In this document: positions 1 to 9,421 of the stretch, piece by piece
Layout of the letters: each line of letters begins with the position of its first letter
How positions within the stretch are numbered: position 1 is the stretch's first letter
Source of the DNA: Candidatus Bipolaricaulis sibiricus
GTDB taxonomy: Bacteria; Bipolaricaulota; Bipolaricaulia; Bipolaricaulales; Bipolaricaulaceae
Assembly (NCBI GenBank): GCA_004102645.1
Contig: CP034928.1
Span: forward strand, 1,106,153 to 1,170,152
Direction: 5' to 3'
DNA: 64,000 bases
The notes under the pieces: generated by a model
Seen by the model: only the letters and a program-made list of their open reading frames with translations
The model's database searches: none
Told to the model about the DNA's origin: nothing
Program-made: the position numbers and the translations under genes

Positions 1-362
1 GCGGGGAAGAACCGCAGCCCCCAGAGGTTCAGGAAGCTCACCTTGAGCTTGGCAGGAGCTTTGGGGTCGGGGACCCACGCCCGGCCCCGGGCCTCGATCC
101 GCCGTCCATCCGCGGAGAAACAGACGTTGACGACCTCGATCTGCCCGTTGGGGAGGAGGGTGTAGGTGGCGGTCGTCCCCTGGGCGCAGCTCCGCTCAAA
201 CGGGGTGGGGATGCTCGCCACCGCGTACCACGTCCCCAGGTAGCGGGTGAGGTCGAGTTCGTCGACCACCCGGAGCGGCGGCTTCTCCCCCACGATCCCC
301 GTTACGACAAGCCCCACCGCGAGGGCGGCTACGATCCAGAACACCAGGGTGCCGTGTCCCAT
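1..362 (-). CDS. blc: Lipocalin (Blc-like), 3'-truncated by the window edge; absent from the ORF track
   Basis: Manual translation from ATG 362: MGHGTLVFWIVAALAVGLVVTG...VDELDLTRYLGTWYAVASIPTPFERSC...TATYTLLPNGQIEVVNVC. This has the lipocalin SCR1 motif (D-L-x-R-Y-x-G-x-W-Y) and an N-terminal hydrophobic segment. Confidence 0.88.
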   Translation of the reverse strand, partial: MGHGTLVFWIVAALAVGLVVTGIVGEKPPLRVVDELDLTRYLGTWYAVASIPTPFERSCAQGTTATYTLLPNGQIEVVNVCFSADGRRIEARGRAWVPDPKAPAKLKVSFLNLWGLRFFP

Positions 363-523
363 GGCGCGATCGTACCCAATCCACCGCCCGTTCACCGCCG
401 AGGTCGCGGGGCGGGCAGAGCAAACCTGTACCGGCATTGAACCATGGTTACGGGTTGCTCGGAAGTCCCCGCCCGCATTCCTCGGCGATCTCGGCGTGCT
501 TGGCGGTAGACCGCCGGCCGGCC

Positions 524-1366
524 TCAGGAACCAAGACTTCGTGCGGGGCCGAAGGTTCCGGGGGCGAGTTCAGGCTCGGCCGCGGGCTTGCGGACGCGGA
601 CATGAAGGAAGTAGGGGACGACCTGGGCGTCCTGGACGTGGGGACAGACGCGGACCGTCTCGTCGCTCGGACAGGGCTCGGCAAGCCGCTCGATCGTAAA
701 CCCCGCGTCGAGGAGAGCGTTGAGCCAGGCGCTCACCGGGCGGGTGAACCGCGGGGTCCTGAACTTCGGGAACGGGGCTTTGGCCGCGGCGGGAGCAGTG
801 CTGAAGCTCCACTCCGCTACGTCGCCGGCCAGCCGGCGGAAGTACCCGCCGACCTCGTAGGCGTACGTCCGCCCGTCGGGACCCCGCAGGTTGCGGTGGT
901 GCGGCACGCCGAGGAACGGGTGGGTGATCGAGAACTGGAAGAACCCCCCTGGGACGAGGGCCCGGTGGACCTCCGCCAGCGCGCGCTCTACCTCCGGCAT
1001 GTCCATCAGGCTCATGAACGCGACGGCGAAGTCGAACGACCGGTCGGGGAACGGGAGCGCCAAGGCACTCCCCTCCACGTAGACGATGCCCAACGGATCG
1101 CGCTCCTCCACCTCCCGGGCATGGCGAAGGAAGGTGGGGGCGAGGTCGAGCCCGGTCATCCGCGCCCCGCGCTGCGCCACGAGGCGCGTGTTGTGGCCCT
1201 CTCCACACCCCACGTCGAGCCCACGCCGTCCAGCGACGTCCGGCAGCAGTGCCAGAAACGCGGGCGTGTTCAGGTAGTCGCGGTACACGTCGTACCCGGC
1301 ACGGGACAGGCTCGTCCACGCCTCGGCGTTTCCCTCCCAGAACCTCCCCACCTCCCGATCGTCCAT
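524..1366 (-). CDS. Class I SAM-dependent methyltransferase
   Basis: Real start MDDREVGRFW at ATG 1366, inside track ORF 524..2098. Motifs GLDVGCGEG and DFAVAFMSL. Confidence 0.88.
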   Translation of the reverse strand: MDDREVGRFWEGNAEAWTSLSRAGYDVYRDYLNTPAFLALLPDVAGRRGLDVGCGEGHNTRLVAQRGARMTGLDLAPTFLRHAREVEERDPLGIVYVEGSALALPFPDRSFDFAVAFMSLMDMPEVERALAEVHRALVPGGFFQFSITHPFLGVPHHRNLRGPDGRTYAYEVGGYFRRLAGDVAEWSFSTAPAAAKAPFPKFRTPRFTRPVSAWLNALLDAGFTIERLAEPCPSDETVRVCPHVQDAQVVPYFLHVRVRKPAAEPELAPGTFGPARSLGS

Positions 1367-1373
1367 GGTGGAG

Positions 1374-1399
1374 ATCGTATCCGCTCCCTGGGGTAGGAT
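1374..1399. promoter_or_regulatory. Back-to-back -10 boxes for two divergent, probably leaderless genes
   Basis: TACGAT (minus, 1374-1379) lies 7 nt before ATG 1366. TAGGAT (plus, 1394-1399) lies 6 nt before ATG 1406. No SD sequence is present. Confidence 0.6.
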
Positions 1400-1405
1400 C
1401 CCGCC

Positions 1406-2179
1406 ATGGAGCGGGCTCGGGAGTTGGCGAAGCGGTACGTGGGAAGGCCAGGGGTGGTGGGGATCTACCTCGTCGGGTCGGCGAGCCGGCCGTTCCGGGA
1501 TCGGATCTCGGACTACGACATCGAGGTCGCGCTTGACGATGCTGCGTACGAGACGACCCCGCTCGAGGAGCGCCACGTGTTCGCGATCGATGAAGGGCCC
1601 CCGCGGCGGGTGGACCACGAGTTCTACCTCCGGCCGTGGAGCGAGCTTCGGGCGATGGAGGGCTCGACCCACGACCTCGACCACTACCCGTTTCGGCACG
1701 CGGTGATCCTCTACGATCCTCAGGAGGAGCTCTCCACGCTGTTCCCGCGGTTGGCCCTCCTTCCGCCCGCGGTGCGGGAGACGCGGATCAAGGTTCACTA
1801 CGCGGAGACGGCGTTTTCCCTCGGACGCGCGACGAAGTGCCTCGACCGGGGAAACGCGTTCGCGGCGCGGCTCGTCCTCGGAGACGGGGCGCTGGCCCTG
1901 GTGAAGCTCCTCGCCGTCGTCCGTGGGTCGTGGGCCCCGACCCGCCACTGGGCTGCGGAAGAGCTCGCCATCCTTGGCGTTCCCGAGGACCTCCTTGCCC
2001 AGGCGTCGGGCGTCCTCAGCCGGCCCTCCCCAGAGGGGATCAAGGGGCTGCGGAACACACTCCATGCCTGGCTGGATGTTCAAGGGGTCACGGTTCACCG
2101 TGACGGGATGGCGCTCATCCGCTGGGCGTTCCTCACTCCGGAGGGGAAAGCCGCGTTCCGGACCTGGGGCGCCCGTTGA
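1406..2179 (+). CDS. Nucleotidyltransferase-domain protein (Pol beta-like fold)
   Basis: GIYLVGSASR...SDYDIEV matches the GS-x(n)-DxD signature, followed by a helical C-terminal domain. Confidence 0.7.
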   Translation: MERARELAKRYVGRPGVVGIYLVGSASRPFRDRISDYDIEVALDDAAYETTPLEERHVFAIDEGPPRRVDHEFYLRPWSELRAMEGSTHDLDHYPFRHAVILYDPQEELSTLFPRLALLPPAVRETRIKVHYAETAFSLGRATKCLDRGNAFAARLVLGDGALALVKLLAVVRGSWAPTRHWAAEELAILGVPEDLLAQASGVLSRPSPEGIKGLRNTLHAWLDVQGVTVHRDGMALIRWAFLTPEGKAAFRTWGAR

Positions 2180-2227
2180 GGACGGACAGGTGACGAGGGC
2201 GTGGGGTCTGCCCCGACCGCGTGTCGT

Positions 2228-3229
2228 CTAGAACTGCGACAGGAAGCGGACGTCGTTCCCGTAGAACAGCCGAATGTCGTCGATTCCCCAGCGGAGCATC
2301 GCCATGCGCTCGACCCCAAGACCGAACGCGAACCCGGTGACCTCCTCGGGGTCATAGCCGACCTCGGTGAGCACGGCGGGGTCGACCATCCCCGCGCCCA
2401 TGATCTCCAGCCACTTCCCCGGGGGCTTGCGGATGTGGACCTGGGCCGAGGGCTCGGTGAACGGGAAGAAGTCGGCCGAGATCCGCATCTCGTAGCCCGG
2501 GCCGAAGAACGCCTGGACGAACTCCCCAAGGATCCACTTCAGGTGGGCCATCGTGAGGCCCTTGTCCACCCACAGAAGCTCGATCTGGTGGAACACCGGG
2601 GAGTGGGTCGCGTCAGGGTTGTCGCGTCGGTAGCAGCGGCCCGGGCACACGATGCGCACCGGCGGGCGGCGGGATTTCATGACCCGAATCTGGACAGGTG
2701 AGGTGTGGGTGCGCAGGAGCCGCCCCTCCTCGATGTAGAATGAATCCCAATCATCCCGAGCCGGGTGGTCGGCCCCGATGGCGAGCGCCTCGAAGTTGTA
2801 GTAGTCCGTCTCGACCTCCGGACCGCTCGCCACGTCGAACCCGAGCTTCAAGAAGATGTCCTCGATCTCCCGCCGGACCTGGGTCAAGGGGTGGAGCCGT
2901 CCCACCGGACGCCACTTCCCAGGCAGGGTGAAGTCGTACCGCTCCGCGGCGAGCCGCGCACCCACGGCTTCCCGTTCCACTTCGGCCTGGCGCACCTCGA
3001 GAGCAGCGGCGATCTCCCCCTTGAGCGCGTTCAAGAGCTTCCCGGCCGCGGCCCGAGCATCGGGAGGGAGGGTCCGCAGGGCGTCGAACACCGCGGTGAC
3101 AGAACCCTTGCGGCCAAGGAACCGCACGCGAAGGGCTTCGACCGCCGCTGGATCGTGGGCGGAAGCGCTCGCCTGCGCCCACTCCTTCCGCACCTCCTCG
3201 CACCGCGCCTGAAGCTCGTCCAAGGTCAT
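2228..3229 (-). CDS. pheS: Phenylalanine--tRNA ligase alpha subunit
   Basis: Motifs GRLHPL, HPARDDWDSFY, LLRTHTSPVQIR, DATHSPVFHQIE, FPFTEPS, GFAFGLGVERMAML. Start MTLDEL at 3229; TATAAT on the minus strand at 3240-3245. Confidence 0.98.
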   Translation of the reverse strand: MTLDELQARCEEVRKEWAQASASAHDPAAVEALRVRFLGRKGSVTAVFDALRTLPPDARAAAGKLLNALKGEIAAALEVRQAEVEREAVGARLAAERYDFTLPGKWRPVGRLHPLTQVRREIEDIFLKLGFDVASGPEVETDYYNFEALAIGADHPARDDWDSFYIEEGRLLRTHTSPVQIRVMKSRRPPVRIVCPGRCYRRDNPDATHSPVFHQIELLWVDKGLTMAHLKWILGEFVQAFFGPGYEMRISADFFPFTEPSAQVHIRKPPGKWLEIMGAGMVDPAVLTEVGYDPEEVTGFAFGLGVERMAMLRWGIDDIRLFYGNDVRFLSQF

Positions 3230-3344
3230 CGTGGGCCTGATTATACGTGCCGGAGCGCGCTCTGGACACACGCCAACCCTCCTCTACAATGGCCTGTGTC
3301 GGGTCGCCCCGAGAGGCCATCCCGACGCTCGGGAGGAGGGTGCG

Positions 3345-4433
3345 GTGGACTACGCAGCGCGGCGGGACGAACTGTGGCGGCGGGCCCAGGAGCGCGGGCT
3401 CGATGCGTTCCTGGTGATCAACGTGGAGCATTCCGACGGCGCGAACCTGCGCTATCTCACCGGGTTCAGCGGGTCGGCGGGGAGCCTGATCGTCGGCACG
3501 CAGTCCTTGTTCGTCACGGATTCCCGCTACACCGAGCAGGCGGGCCACGAGGTCGTCGGACTCCCCACTGAGGAGACAGGGCCCCGCTGGCTGGCCTGGC
3601 TCGCCGACAAGCTGGGGTCGCTCGGGGTGAAGCGAGTGGGGATCGGTGCCCACCGCACAAGCGTGTACGTGTTCCAGGAGCTCGCCCGGCTCGCCCCGGG
3701 GATCGAGTTCATCCCCCAGGCGGGGATGGTCGAGGATCTGCGGCGGGTCAAGTCAGGGGAGGAGATTGAGCGGATTGCCGCGGCAGCGAGGCTCACCGAC
3801 GAGGGCCTGCGCTGGGTCGTGGACCGGCTCGCCCCCGGAAGGCGCGAGCGGGACGTGGCGCTCGACCTCGAGGTCTGGTTCCGCCGGAACGGGGCGGAGG
3901 CCGTGGCGTTTGACCTGATCGTGGCGAGCGGCCCGGGAAGCGCGATGCCCCACTACCGACCGGGCGGCCGGAAGATCGCTCAGGGCGACGTCGTCCTGTT
4001 CGACATCGGCGTGCAGGTCGATGGGTACTGCTCGGACTTGACCCGGGTCGTGGCGGTGGGAGCCCCGGCGGCGGAAGTGCGCGAGGTCTACTCCCTCGTG
4101 CTCGACGCAAACAAGGCCGGCCTGGCGGCCGTGCGGGCGGGAAGGCCGGGGAAGGACGTCGATGCTGCCGCCCGTGACCGGATCGCCAGGGCGGGTTACG
4201 GGGATCGGTTCGGCCACGGGCTGGGCCACGGGGTGGGGCTCGAGGTCCACGAGGCGCCGGGCGTGGGTCCGGTCTCGGAGGAGGCGCTCGCCGTGGGGAA
4301 CGTGGTCACGATCGAGCCGGGGGTCTACCTGCCCGGGCGGTTCGGGGTTCGGATCGAAGACCTCGTCGCCGTGACCGAAGACGGGTGCCGGGTCCTGTCC
4401 TCCTTCCCCAAGGACGAGCTCCTCGTCGTGTAG
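3345..4433 (+). CDS. Xaa-Pro aminopeptidase/dipeptidase (M24B)
   Basis: GGAGG RBS then GTG 3345. Motifs NLRYLTGFSGS, DIGVQVDGYCSDLTR, HGLGHGVGLEVHE, TIEPGVY, GVRIED. Confidence 0.93.
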   Translation: MDYAARRDELWRRAQERGLDAFLVINVEHSDGANLRYLTGFSGSAGSLIVGTQSLFVTDSRYTEQAGHEVVGLPTEETGPRWLAWLADKLGSLGVKRVGIGAHRTSVYVFQELARLAPGIEFIPQAGMVEDLRRVKSGEEIERIAAAARLTDEGLRWVVDRLAPGRRERDVALDLEVWFRRNGAEAVAFDLIVASGPGSAMPHYRPGGRKIAQGDVVLFDIGVQVDGYCSDLTRVVAVGAPAAEVREVYSLVLDANKAGLAAVRAGRPGKDVDAAARDRIARAGYGDRFGHGLGHGVGLEVHEAPGVGPVSEEALAVGNVVTIEPGVYLPGRFGVRIEDLVAVTEDGCRVLSSFPKDELLVV

Positions 4434-4447
4434 CGGTGGGGCTGGGG

Positions 4448-5503
4448 ATGGACCTCGCGCATCTCGCGGCGCGTGTAGAGCGGGAGACCCGGATCGCGAT
4501 CTCGCCGCGGGACATCGAGCGGATCTTGGTTGCCCTCCTCTCCACGGAGGACATGTGGCGGATCGCGGAGCTCGCACGGATCCCGCTCCTCGCCCTGTGC
4601 GCGGGCCTCCGGGCGCTCGCCGCCGAGGGATGGGTGAGATGGGACGTGGGCCTCGTCCGCTTGACCGACGCGGGGACCGAGCTCTGTGCGCGACGGGGCC
4701 TCTCTCCGGTCCCCGCCCTCGACTGCCCGCGGTGTGGGGGCCGGGGGATCGAGCCCAGGCCCCTCGCTTCCCTCACCGAGGCGTTTCACCGCGTGGCGGC
4801 TGATCGGCCCGAGGCCGCTCAGGAGTTCGACCAGGGGTACGTGACCGAGGACACAACGATCGCCCGGGTCGCCCAGATGTGGCGCCACGGCGATCTGGCG
4901 GGGAAGGACCTCCTCGTCGTGGGGGACGACGACCTCGTCTCGGTCGCCGCCGCCTTGACGCGCCTCCCGCGGCGGGTGACAGTCCTCGACATCGACCCCC
5001 GAATCACGTCGTTCATCGCCCGGATCGCCAGAGAGGAGTCGCTCGCGATCGATGTCCTGTCCCACGACCTTCGTCGCCCGCTTCCCCCTTCGCTTGCGCG
5101 CGCGTTCGACACGTTCGCCTGTGACCCCACCGAGAGCCTGGACGGGTTCCTCCTGTTTGCGGGCCGCGGGCTGACCGCGCTCCGCGGACGCGGTGGGGCG
5201 GGGTACCTCGGGCTCACCCACGCCGAGGCGTCGCTCGCCAAGTGGAGGGCGATCCAGGGGAGGATCGTGGCATGGGGGGCAGCGATCACCGACCTCCGCG
5301 ATGGCTTCCACGCGTACGTGAACTGGCCGTATGTGGAGACGATGCGCGGTTGGGAACACCTTCCGGTGCGGCGAGTTCCGGGGCGGCTCGAACCGTGGTA
5401 CCGGTCCGCTCTCGTTCGGGTTGAGCTCGTCACGGAGGCGACGGTCGACCTGGGAACGATTGACGGAAACATCTTCCTCGACGACGAGGCGGCAACGACG
5501 TGA
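4448..5503 (+). CDS. bpsA: Branched-chain polyamine synthase A (N4-bis(aminopropyl)spermidine synthase, DUF43 family)
   Basis: Motifs EFDQGYVT and GDLAGKDLLVVGDDDLVS, plus VLDID, FDTFACDP and an N-terminal CPRC. Lies in a polyamine operon. Confidence 0.88.
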   Translation: MDLAHLAARVERETRIAISPRDIERILVALLSTEDMWRIAELARIPLLALCAGLRALAAEGWVRWDVGLVRLTDAGTELCARRGLSPVPALDCPRCGGRGIEPRPLASLTEAFHRVAADRPEAAQEFDQGYVTEDTTIARVAQMWRHGDLAGKDLLVVGDDDLVSVAAALTRLPRRVTVLDIDPRITSFIARIAREESLAIDVLSHDLRRPLPPSLARAFDTFACDPTESLDGFLLFAGRGLTALRGRGGAGYLGLTHAEASLAKWRAIQGRIVAWGAAITDLRDGFHAYVNWPYVETMRGWEHLPVRRVPGRLEPWYRSALVRVELVTEATVDLGTIDGNIFLDDEAATT

Positions 5504-5578
5504 GTGCGCACGGAGACGTTCGCCCCATCCTATCTGGATGCGGCGCGAGGCGCGCCAACCATGCGCCAGGCTTTGCCC

Positions 5579-5584
5579 TATAAT
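5579..5584 (+). promoter_or_regulatory. Perfect -10 box upstream of arginine decarboxylase
   Basis: TATAAT in the bpsA-pdaD spacer. Confidence 0.5.
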
Positions 5585-5651
5585 GCCCCCGAAAATGGCA
5601 CGACAGACAGGACAGACGAGAGGAAGAGCGGAACGCGAGCCGGGAATGGGG

Positions 5652-6200
5652 ATGGTGCCCATCATCCCCCGCCGGGTGTTCTTCACACGGGGGGTGGGCC
5701 GCCACAAGGAGGAGCTCCGCTCGTTCGAGCTCGCCCTCCGCGACGCGGGGATCGAGAAGTTGAACCTGGTACACGTTTCGAGCATCTTGCCGCCGGCGTG
5801 CAAGGTCGTCTCGCGCACCGAGGGCCTGAAGTCCCTCGCGTCGGGTCAGGTGGTGTTCTGTGTGTTTTCGCGCTGTGCCTCGAACGAACCGCATCGGTTG
5901 ATTGCGGCGTCGGTGGGATGCGCGATTCCCGCCGACCGCGAAGCCTACGGCTACCTCTCCGAGTACACCTCGTTTGGGAAGAAGGAGAAGCAGGCCGGGG
6001 ATCATGCCGAGGATCTCGCCGCCTCGATGCTCGCCTCGACGTTGGGAATTGAGTTCGACGACGAGCTTGTGTGGGACGCGAAGAAGGAGATCTGGAAGAT
6101 CTCCGGGAAGATCGTCCGCACGATGAACATCACCCAGTCGGCGGTCGTGGACAGCAAGGGGTACACGACGGTCATCGCCGCGGCTGTGTTCCTTCCGTAA
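5652..6200 (+). CDS. pdaD: Pyruvoyl-dependent arginine decarboxylase
   Basis: VFFTRGVG...SFELALRDAGIEKLNLVHVSSILPP contains the Ser-Ser self-cleavage site. Alternative start at ATG 5646. Confidence 0.92.
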   Translation: MVPIIPRRVFFTRGVGRHKEELRSFELALRDAGIEKLNLVHVSSILPPACKVVSRTEGLKSLASGQVVFCVFSRCASNEPHRLIAASVGCAIPADREAYGYLSEYTSFGKKEKQAGDHAEDLAASMLASTLGIEFDDELVWDAKKEIWKISGKIVRTMNITQSAVVDSKGYTTVIAAAVFLP

Positions 6201-6205
6201 CCGTG

Positions 6206-7249
6206 ATGAACGAACAGGACAAGCGTCGCTACTTGCGGGTGCCGGTTGTGCCCATCGACCCCACGGCGTTCAACACCGTTCCCCTCGTTGAGGCGATGGG
6301 GAAGACCGCGTTCCAGGCTCGAAACCTCGCTCGTGCGGCCGAGATCTACAACGAGATGCTCGCCGATCGAGCGTGCACGATCATCCTCTGCCTCGCGGGG
6401 TCACTGGTCAGCGCAGGGTTGGGTCGGGCCATTGCGGTGCTCCTCGAGCATGGGATGGCCGATGCCGTGGTCGCCACCGGGGCGAACATCGTTGACCAGG
6501 ACTTCTTCGAGGCCCTCGGGTTCCACCACTACGTGGGCAGTCCGGCCGTGGACGACAACGTCCTGCGCGAGCTCCACATCGACCGGATCTACGACACGTT
6601 CATCGACGAGGACGAACTGCGGATCTGCGACCACACGACAGCAGAGATCGCCGATGGGCTTCCCCCGCGGCCGTACTCGTCGCGGGAGTTCATCCGCGAG
6701 ATGGGACGGTGGCTCGTCGAGCGGGGGAAGGGCCACGGATCGATCACCCGTGTCGCCTACGAGAAGGGAATTCCCATCTTCTGCCCTGCGTTCTCCGACT
6801 CCAGCGCCGGGTTCGGCCTCGTCTACCACCAGTGGCAGAGGCCCGACCGGCACGTGGCAATCGACTCGGTGAAGGACTTCCTCGAGCTAACGAAGATCAA
6901 GATCGCCGCCCGGGAGACCGGCCTGGTGATGGTCGGGGGAGGCGTGCCGAAGAACTTCGCCCAGGACGTGGTGGTGGCCGCGGACGTGCTCGGCGTGGAT
7001 GCCCCCATGCACCGGTACGCGATCCAGATCACGGTTGCCGATGAGCGGGACGGCGGTCTGTCGGGCTCGACCCTCAAGGAGGCGAGCTCGTGGGGCAAGG
7101 TGGCCCAGGGCCTCGAACAGATGGTGTTCGCCGAGGCAACGCTCGCCCTTCCCCTCCTCGTGAGCTACGTGTACCACAAGGGCGTGTGGCGAGAACGCGC
7201 CGCGAAGCGGTGGAGCGACGCGCTCGACGCCGCCCCGGTGAGGGCCTAG
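6206..7249 (+). CDS. Deoxyhypusine synthase-like protein (probable homospermidine/aminobutyl-transfer enzyme)
   Basis: Motifs AFQARNL, CPAFSDSSAG, GGGVPKNF and GGLSGSTLKEASSWGK, with the catalytic Lys retained. Confidence 0.92.
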   Translation: MNEQDKRRYLRVPVVPIDPTAFNTVPLVEAMGKTAFQARNLARAAEIYNEMLADRACTIILCLAGSLVSAGLGRAIAVLLEHGMADAVVATGANIVDQDFFEALGFHHYVGSPAVDDNVLRELHIDRIYDTFIDEDELRICDHTTAEIADGLPPRPYSSREFIREMGRWLVERGKGHGSITRVAYEKGIPIFCPAFSDSSAGFGLVYHQWQRPDRHVAIDSVKDFLELTKIKIAARETGLVMVGGGVPKNFAQDVVVAADVLGVDAPMHRYAIQITVADERDGGLSGSTLKEASSWGKVAQGLEQMVFAEATLALPLLVSYVYHKGVWRERAAKRWSDALDAAPVRA

Positions 7250-7287
7250 GGCTCGTCCTCCCCGTTGGAACGGGCGGATCGCCCCAC

Positions 7288-7366
7288 TACAATCCGCCAC
7301 GGAAGCCCGGGCTCCCGCCTCGATCCACACCGGAGGATCGCGGAGCCCCTGTCGGTGAGGTGAGTG
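7288..7366 (+). promoter_or_regulatory. TACAAT -10 box followed by a structured 5' leader of speD
   Basis: TACAAT 7288-7293. Stems GGGCTCC/GGAGCCC (7309-7315/7342-7348) and CGATCC/GGATCG (7321-7326/7335-7340). SD GAGGTGA at 7357-7363. Confidence 0.5.
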
Positions 7367-7714
7367 ATGCGCGAACTGGGGAGGCAGCTCGTCGTCGAGT
7401 TGTGGGAGTGCGAGGGTAGCACAAACGATCCCGACGCCATCCGTCACGCGCTGGTTCGAGCGGTGGAGCAGTCCGGGGCAACGCTGATCGAGGCCCAGGT
7501 CCACCCGTTCAACCCCCATGGCGTGTCAGGGATGGCGCTGCTCGCTGAGTCTCACGTCTCGGTGCACACCTGGCCGGAGGTGGGGTACGTCGCCGTGGAC
7601 GTGTTCACCTGTGGAGACGATGTGGCCCCGGAGAAGGCCGTCGAGGTCCTGTGCGACCTGTTCCGCCCCCGCCACACGAGCGTGGTCGAGATTCGACGAG
7701 GCGTCCGGCCGTGA
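7367..7714 (+). CDS. speD: S-adenosylmethionine decarboxylase proenzyme (SpeH-type)
   Basis: GRQLVVELWEC and FNPHGVSGMALLAESHVSVHTWPE (ES cleavage site). Confidence 0.95.
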   Translation: MRELGRQLVVELWECEGSTNDPDAIRHALVRAVEQSGATLIEAQVHPFNPHGVSGMALLAESHVSVHTWPEVGYVAVDVFTCGDDVAPEKAVEVLCDLFRPRHTSVVEIRRGVRP

Positions 7715-8571
7715 CCGAAGGTTGGATCTGCGAAGAGCAATCCCCGGGAGTCCGATTGTGCCTGGAGGTGGAGGAGCCCCTCCTCCACCTGCGCACGACG
7801 TGCCAAGACCTTGCCCTCACCCGCACACGGGCGTTTGGGCGACTCCTCGCCCTCGACGGGCGGTACATGGTCACCGAACGCGACTGGCCCTTCTACCACG
7901 AGATGCTCGTCCATCCCGCCTTGCTCTCCCACGCGCGGCCGGAGCGGGTACTCGTCGTGGGCGGGGGCGACGGGGGCGCCGCGCGGTTGGCGCTCGAACA
8001 CCCCTCGGTGTCCACGGTGACCCTGGTGGAGATCGACCCCGGGGTCATCTCCGTGGCGCGGGCCCACCTCGCGTCCGTCCACGGTGGCGCCCTTGACGAT
8101 CCCCGCCTCCAGGTCGTGATCGCGCCCGCCGAGGAGTTCGTGCCCGCGCGGACCCGGGAGTTCGATGCGATTCTCGTCGACTCCACGGATCCCGTCGGAC
8201 CGGGGGAAGCGCTGTTTCGGCGCGCGTTCTGGACGGGGTGTGCCGCCGCTCTGCGGCCGGGGGGCATCCTCTCCCTCCAGGCCGGCGACCCGTTCTACCA
8301 TCCCGAGGTCCTCGCCGGAGCGATGGCCGGCCTGCGGGAGGTCTTCCCCGTGGTCATCCCCCACCTCGGGTTCGTCCCCAGCTACCCGTCCGGCCTGTGG
8401 GCGTACGTCTTGGCCGGGGATCGCTCCCTCGATGTGAAGGAATCCGTACTCGAGAAGAGGTTCCACAGCCGGCGGCTCACCACCCGGTACTACACCCCAC
8501 AACTCCACCGGGCGGCGGCGGTCCTTCCCCGGTTCGTGGACGAGATTGTGCGAAGCGAGGAGGCACGATGA
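7711..8571 (+). CDS. speE: Polyamine aminopropyltransferase (spermidine synthase)
   Basis: Motifs LLALDG, FYHEMLVHP, VLVVGGGDGG, LVEIDP, ILVDSTDP. GTGA overlap with the speD stop. Confidence 0.95.
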   Translation: MTEGWICEEQSPGVRLCLEVEEPLLHLRTTCQDLALTRTRAFGRLLALDGRYMVTERDWPFYHEMLVHPALLSHARPERVLVVGGGDGGAARLALEHPSVSTVTLVEIDPGVISVARAHLASVHGGALDDPRLQVVIAPAEEFVPARTREFDAILVDSTDPVGPGEALFRRAFWTGCAAALRPGGILSLQAGDPFYHPEVLAGAMAGLREVFPVVIPHLGFVPSYPSGLWAYVLAGDRSLDVKESVLEKRFHSRRLTTRYYTPQLHRAAAVLPRFVDEIVRSEEAR

Positions 8572-9389
8572 TCGGACCCCTGCGGTTCCTCGGATTGGAC
8601 ACTCCGTTCGCGGAGGCACGGGTGGTGCTCCTGGGCGTTCCCCTCGAGCGCACCGTGTCCTACCGCGGCGGCCCCGCTCAGGCTCCGACCGCCATTCGGG
8701 CGGCGTCGGACTCGATCGAGCTCTACTCCCACTTGTTCCGGTGCGACCTGAGCCGCATCGGGATCTGCGACCTGGGGGATGTCGACCCCCACCTCTCCAT
8801 GGCGGAGATGCTGCGCGCCACGGAACAGGAGGTGCGGCTTGCCCTCGATGCGGGGAAGGGGGTCGTTGTGCTCGGGGGGGAGCACACTGTGGCGCTGCCG
8901 GCCGTCCGGGCCGCAGCTCAGCCGGGCCCCATCCAGGTCGTTGCTCTCGACGCCCACACCGACCTCCGCAGGACGTACGGAGGGGAGCAGGTGGCGCACG
9001 CGACCGTGCTGCGGAGGGTTAGCGAGCTGGCGGAACGCCTTGTCATCGTGGGGGCGCGTTCGTTCGTTGGAGATGAGGTGGACGAGCCGTTCTTCGCCCG
9101 GCCTGAGGACGTCGCGCGCCGCCTCGATCCAGGGGTCCCCGTTTGGCTGACCCTCGACCTCGATGCGGTCGATCCCTCGCTCTGTGCTGGCGTGACCAAC
9201 CCCGAACCGGGCGGGCTCACCTACGCAGAGGTGATCGCGATCTTCCGCGATCTGGCACGGTTCAGGGTCGTGGGCATGGATCTTGTGGAGCTCGCCCCGC
9301 CGTTCGACCCGTCCGGGGTGTCGGCCGTTACCGCGGCCAAACTCGTGCTAGAGGCGATCGCCGCGTTCTGGGGTCCCGCGCCGAGATGA
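8568..9389 (+). CDS. speB: Agmatinase/ureohydrolase
   Basis: Mn-binding motifs GGEHTVA, LDAHTD and DLDAVDPS...PEPGGL. ATGA overlap with speE. Confidence 0.92.
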   Translation: MIGPLRFLGLDTPFAEARVVLLGVPLERTVSYRGGPAQAPTAIRAASDSIELYSHLFRCDLSRIGICDLGDVDPHLSMAEMLRATEQEVRLALDAGKGVVVLGGEHTVALPAVRAAAQPGPIQVVALDAHTDLRRTYGGEQVAHATVLRRVSELAERLVIVGARSFVGDEVDEPFFARPEDVARRLDPGVPVWLTLDLDAVDPSLCAGVTNPEPGGLTYAEVIAIFRDLARFRVVGMDLVELAPPFDPSGVSAVTAAKLVLEAIAAFWGPAPR

Positions 9390-9421
9390 TGGGGCTACCC
9401 GACCCGGAGAGGTGACCGACC

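Noticed and set aside
1367-2098. Apparent 524-aa fusion N-terminal to the methyltransferase
   Set aside because: The extension is the antisense shadow of the 1406..2179 gene. The true start is ATG 1366 with its own -10 box.
7250-7366. SAM-I or spermidine (SAM-I variant) riboswitch upstream of speD
   Set aside because: The leader is too short and lacks the recognisable SAM-I core. It is kept only as an unclassified structured leader.
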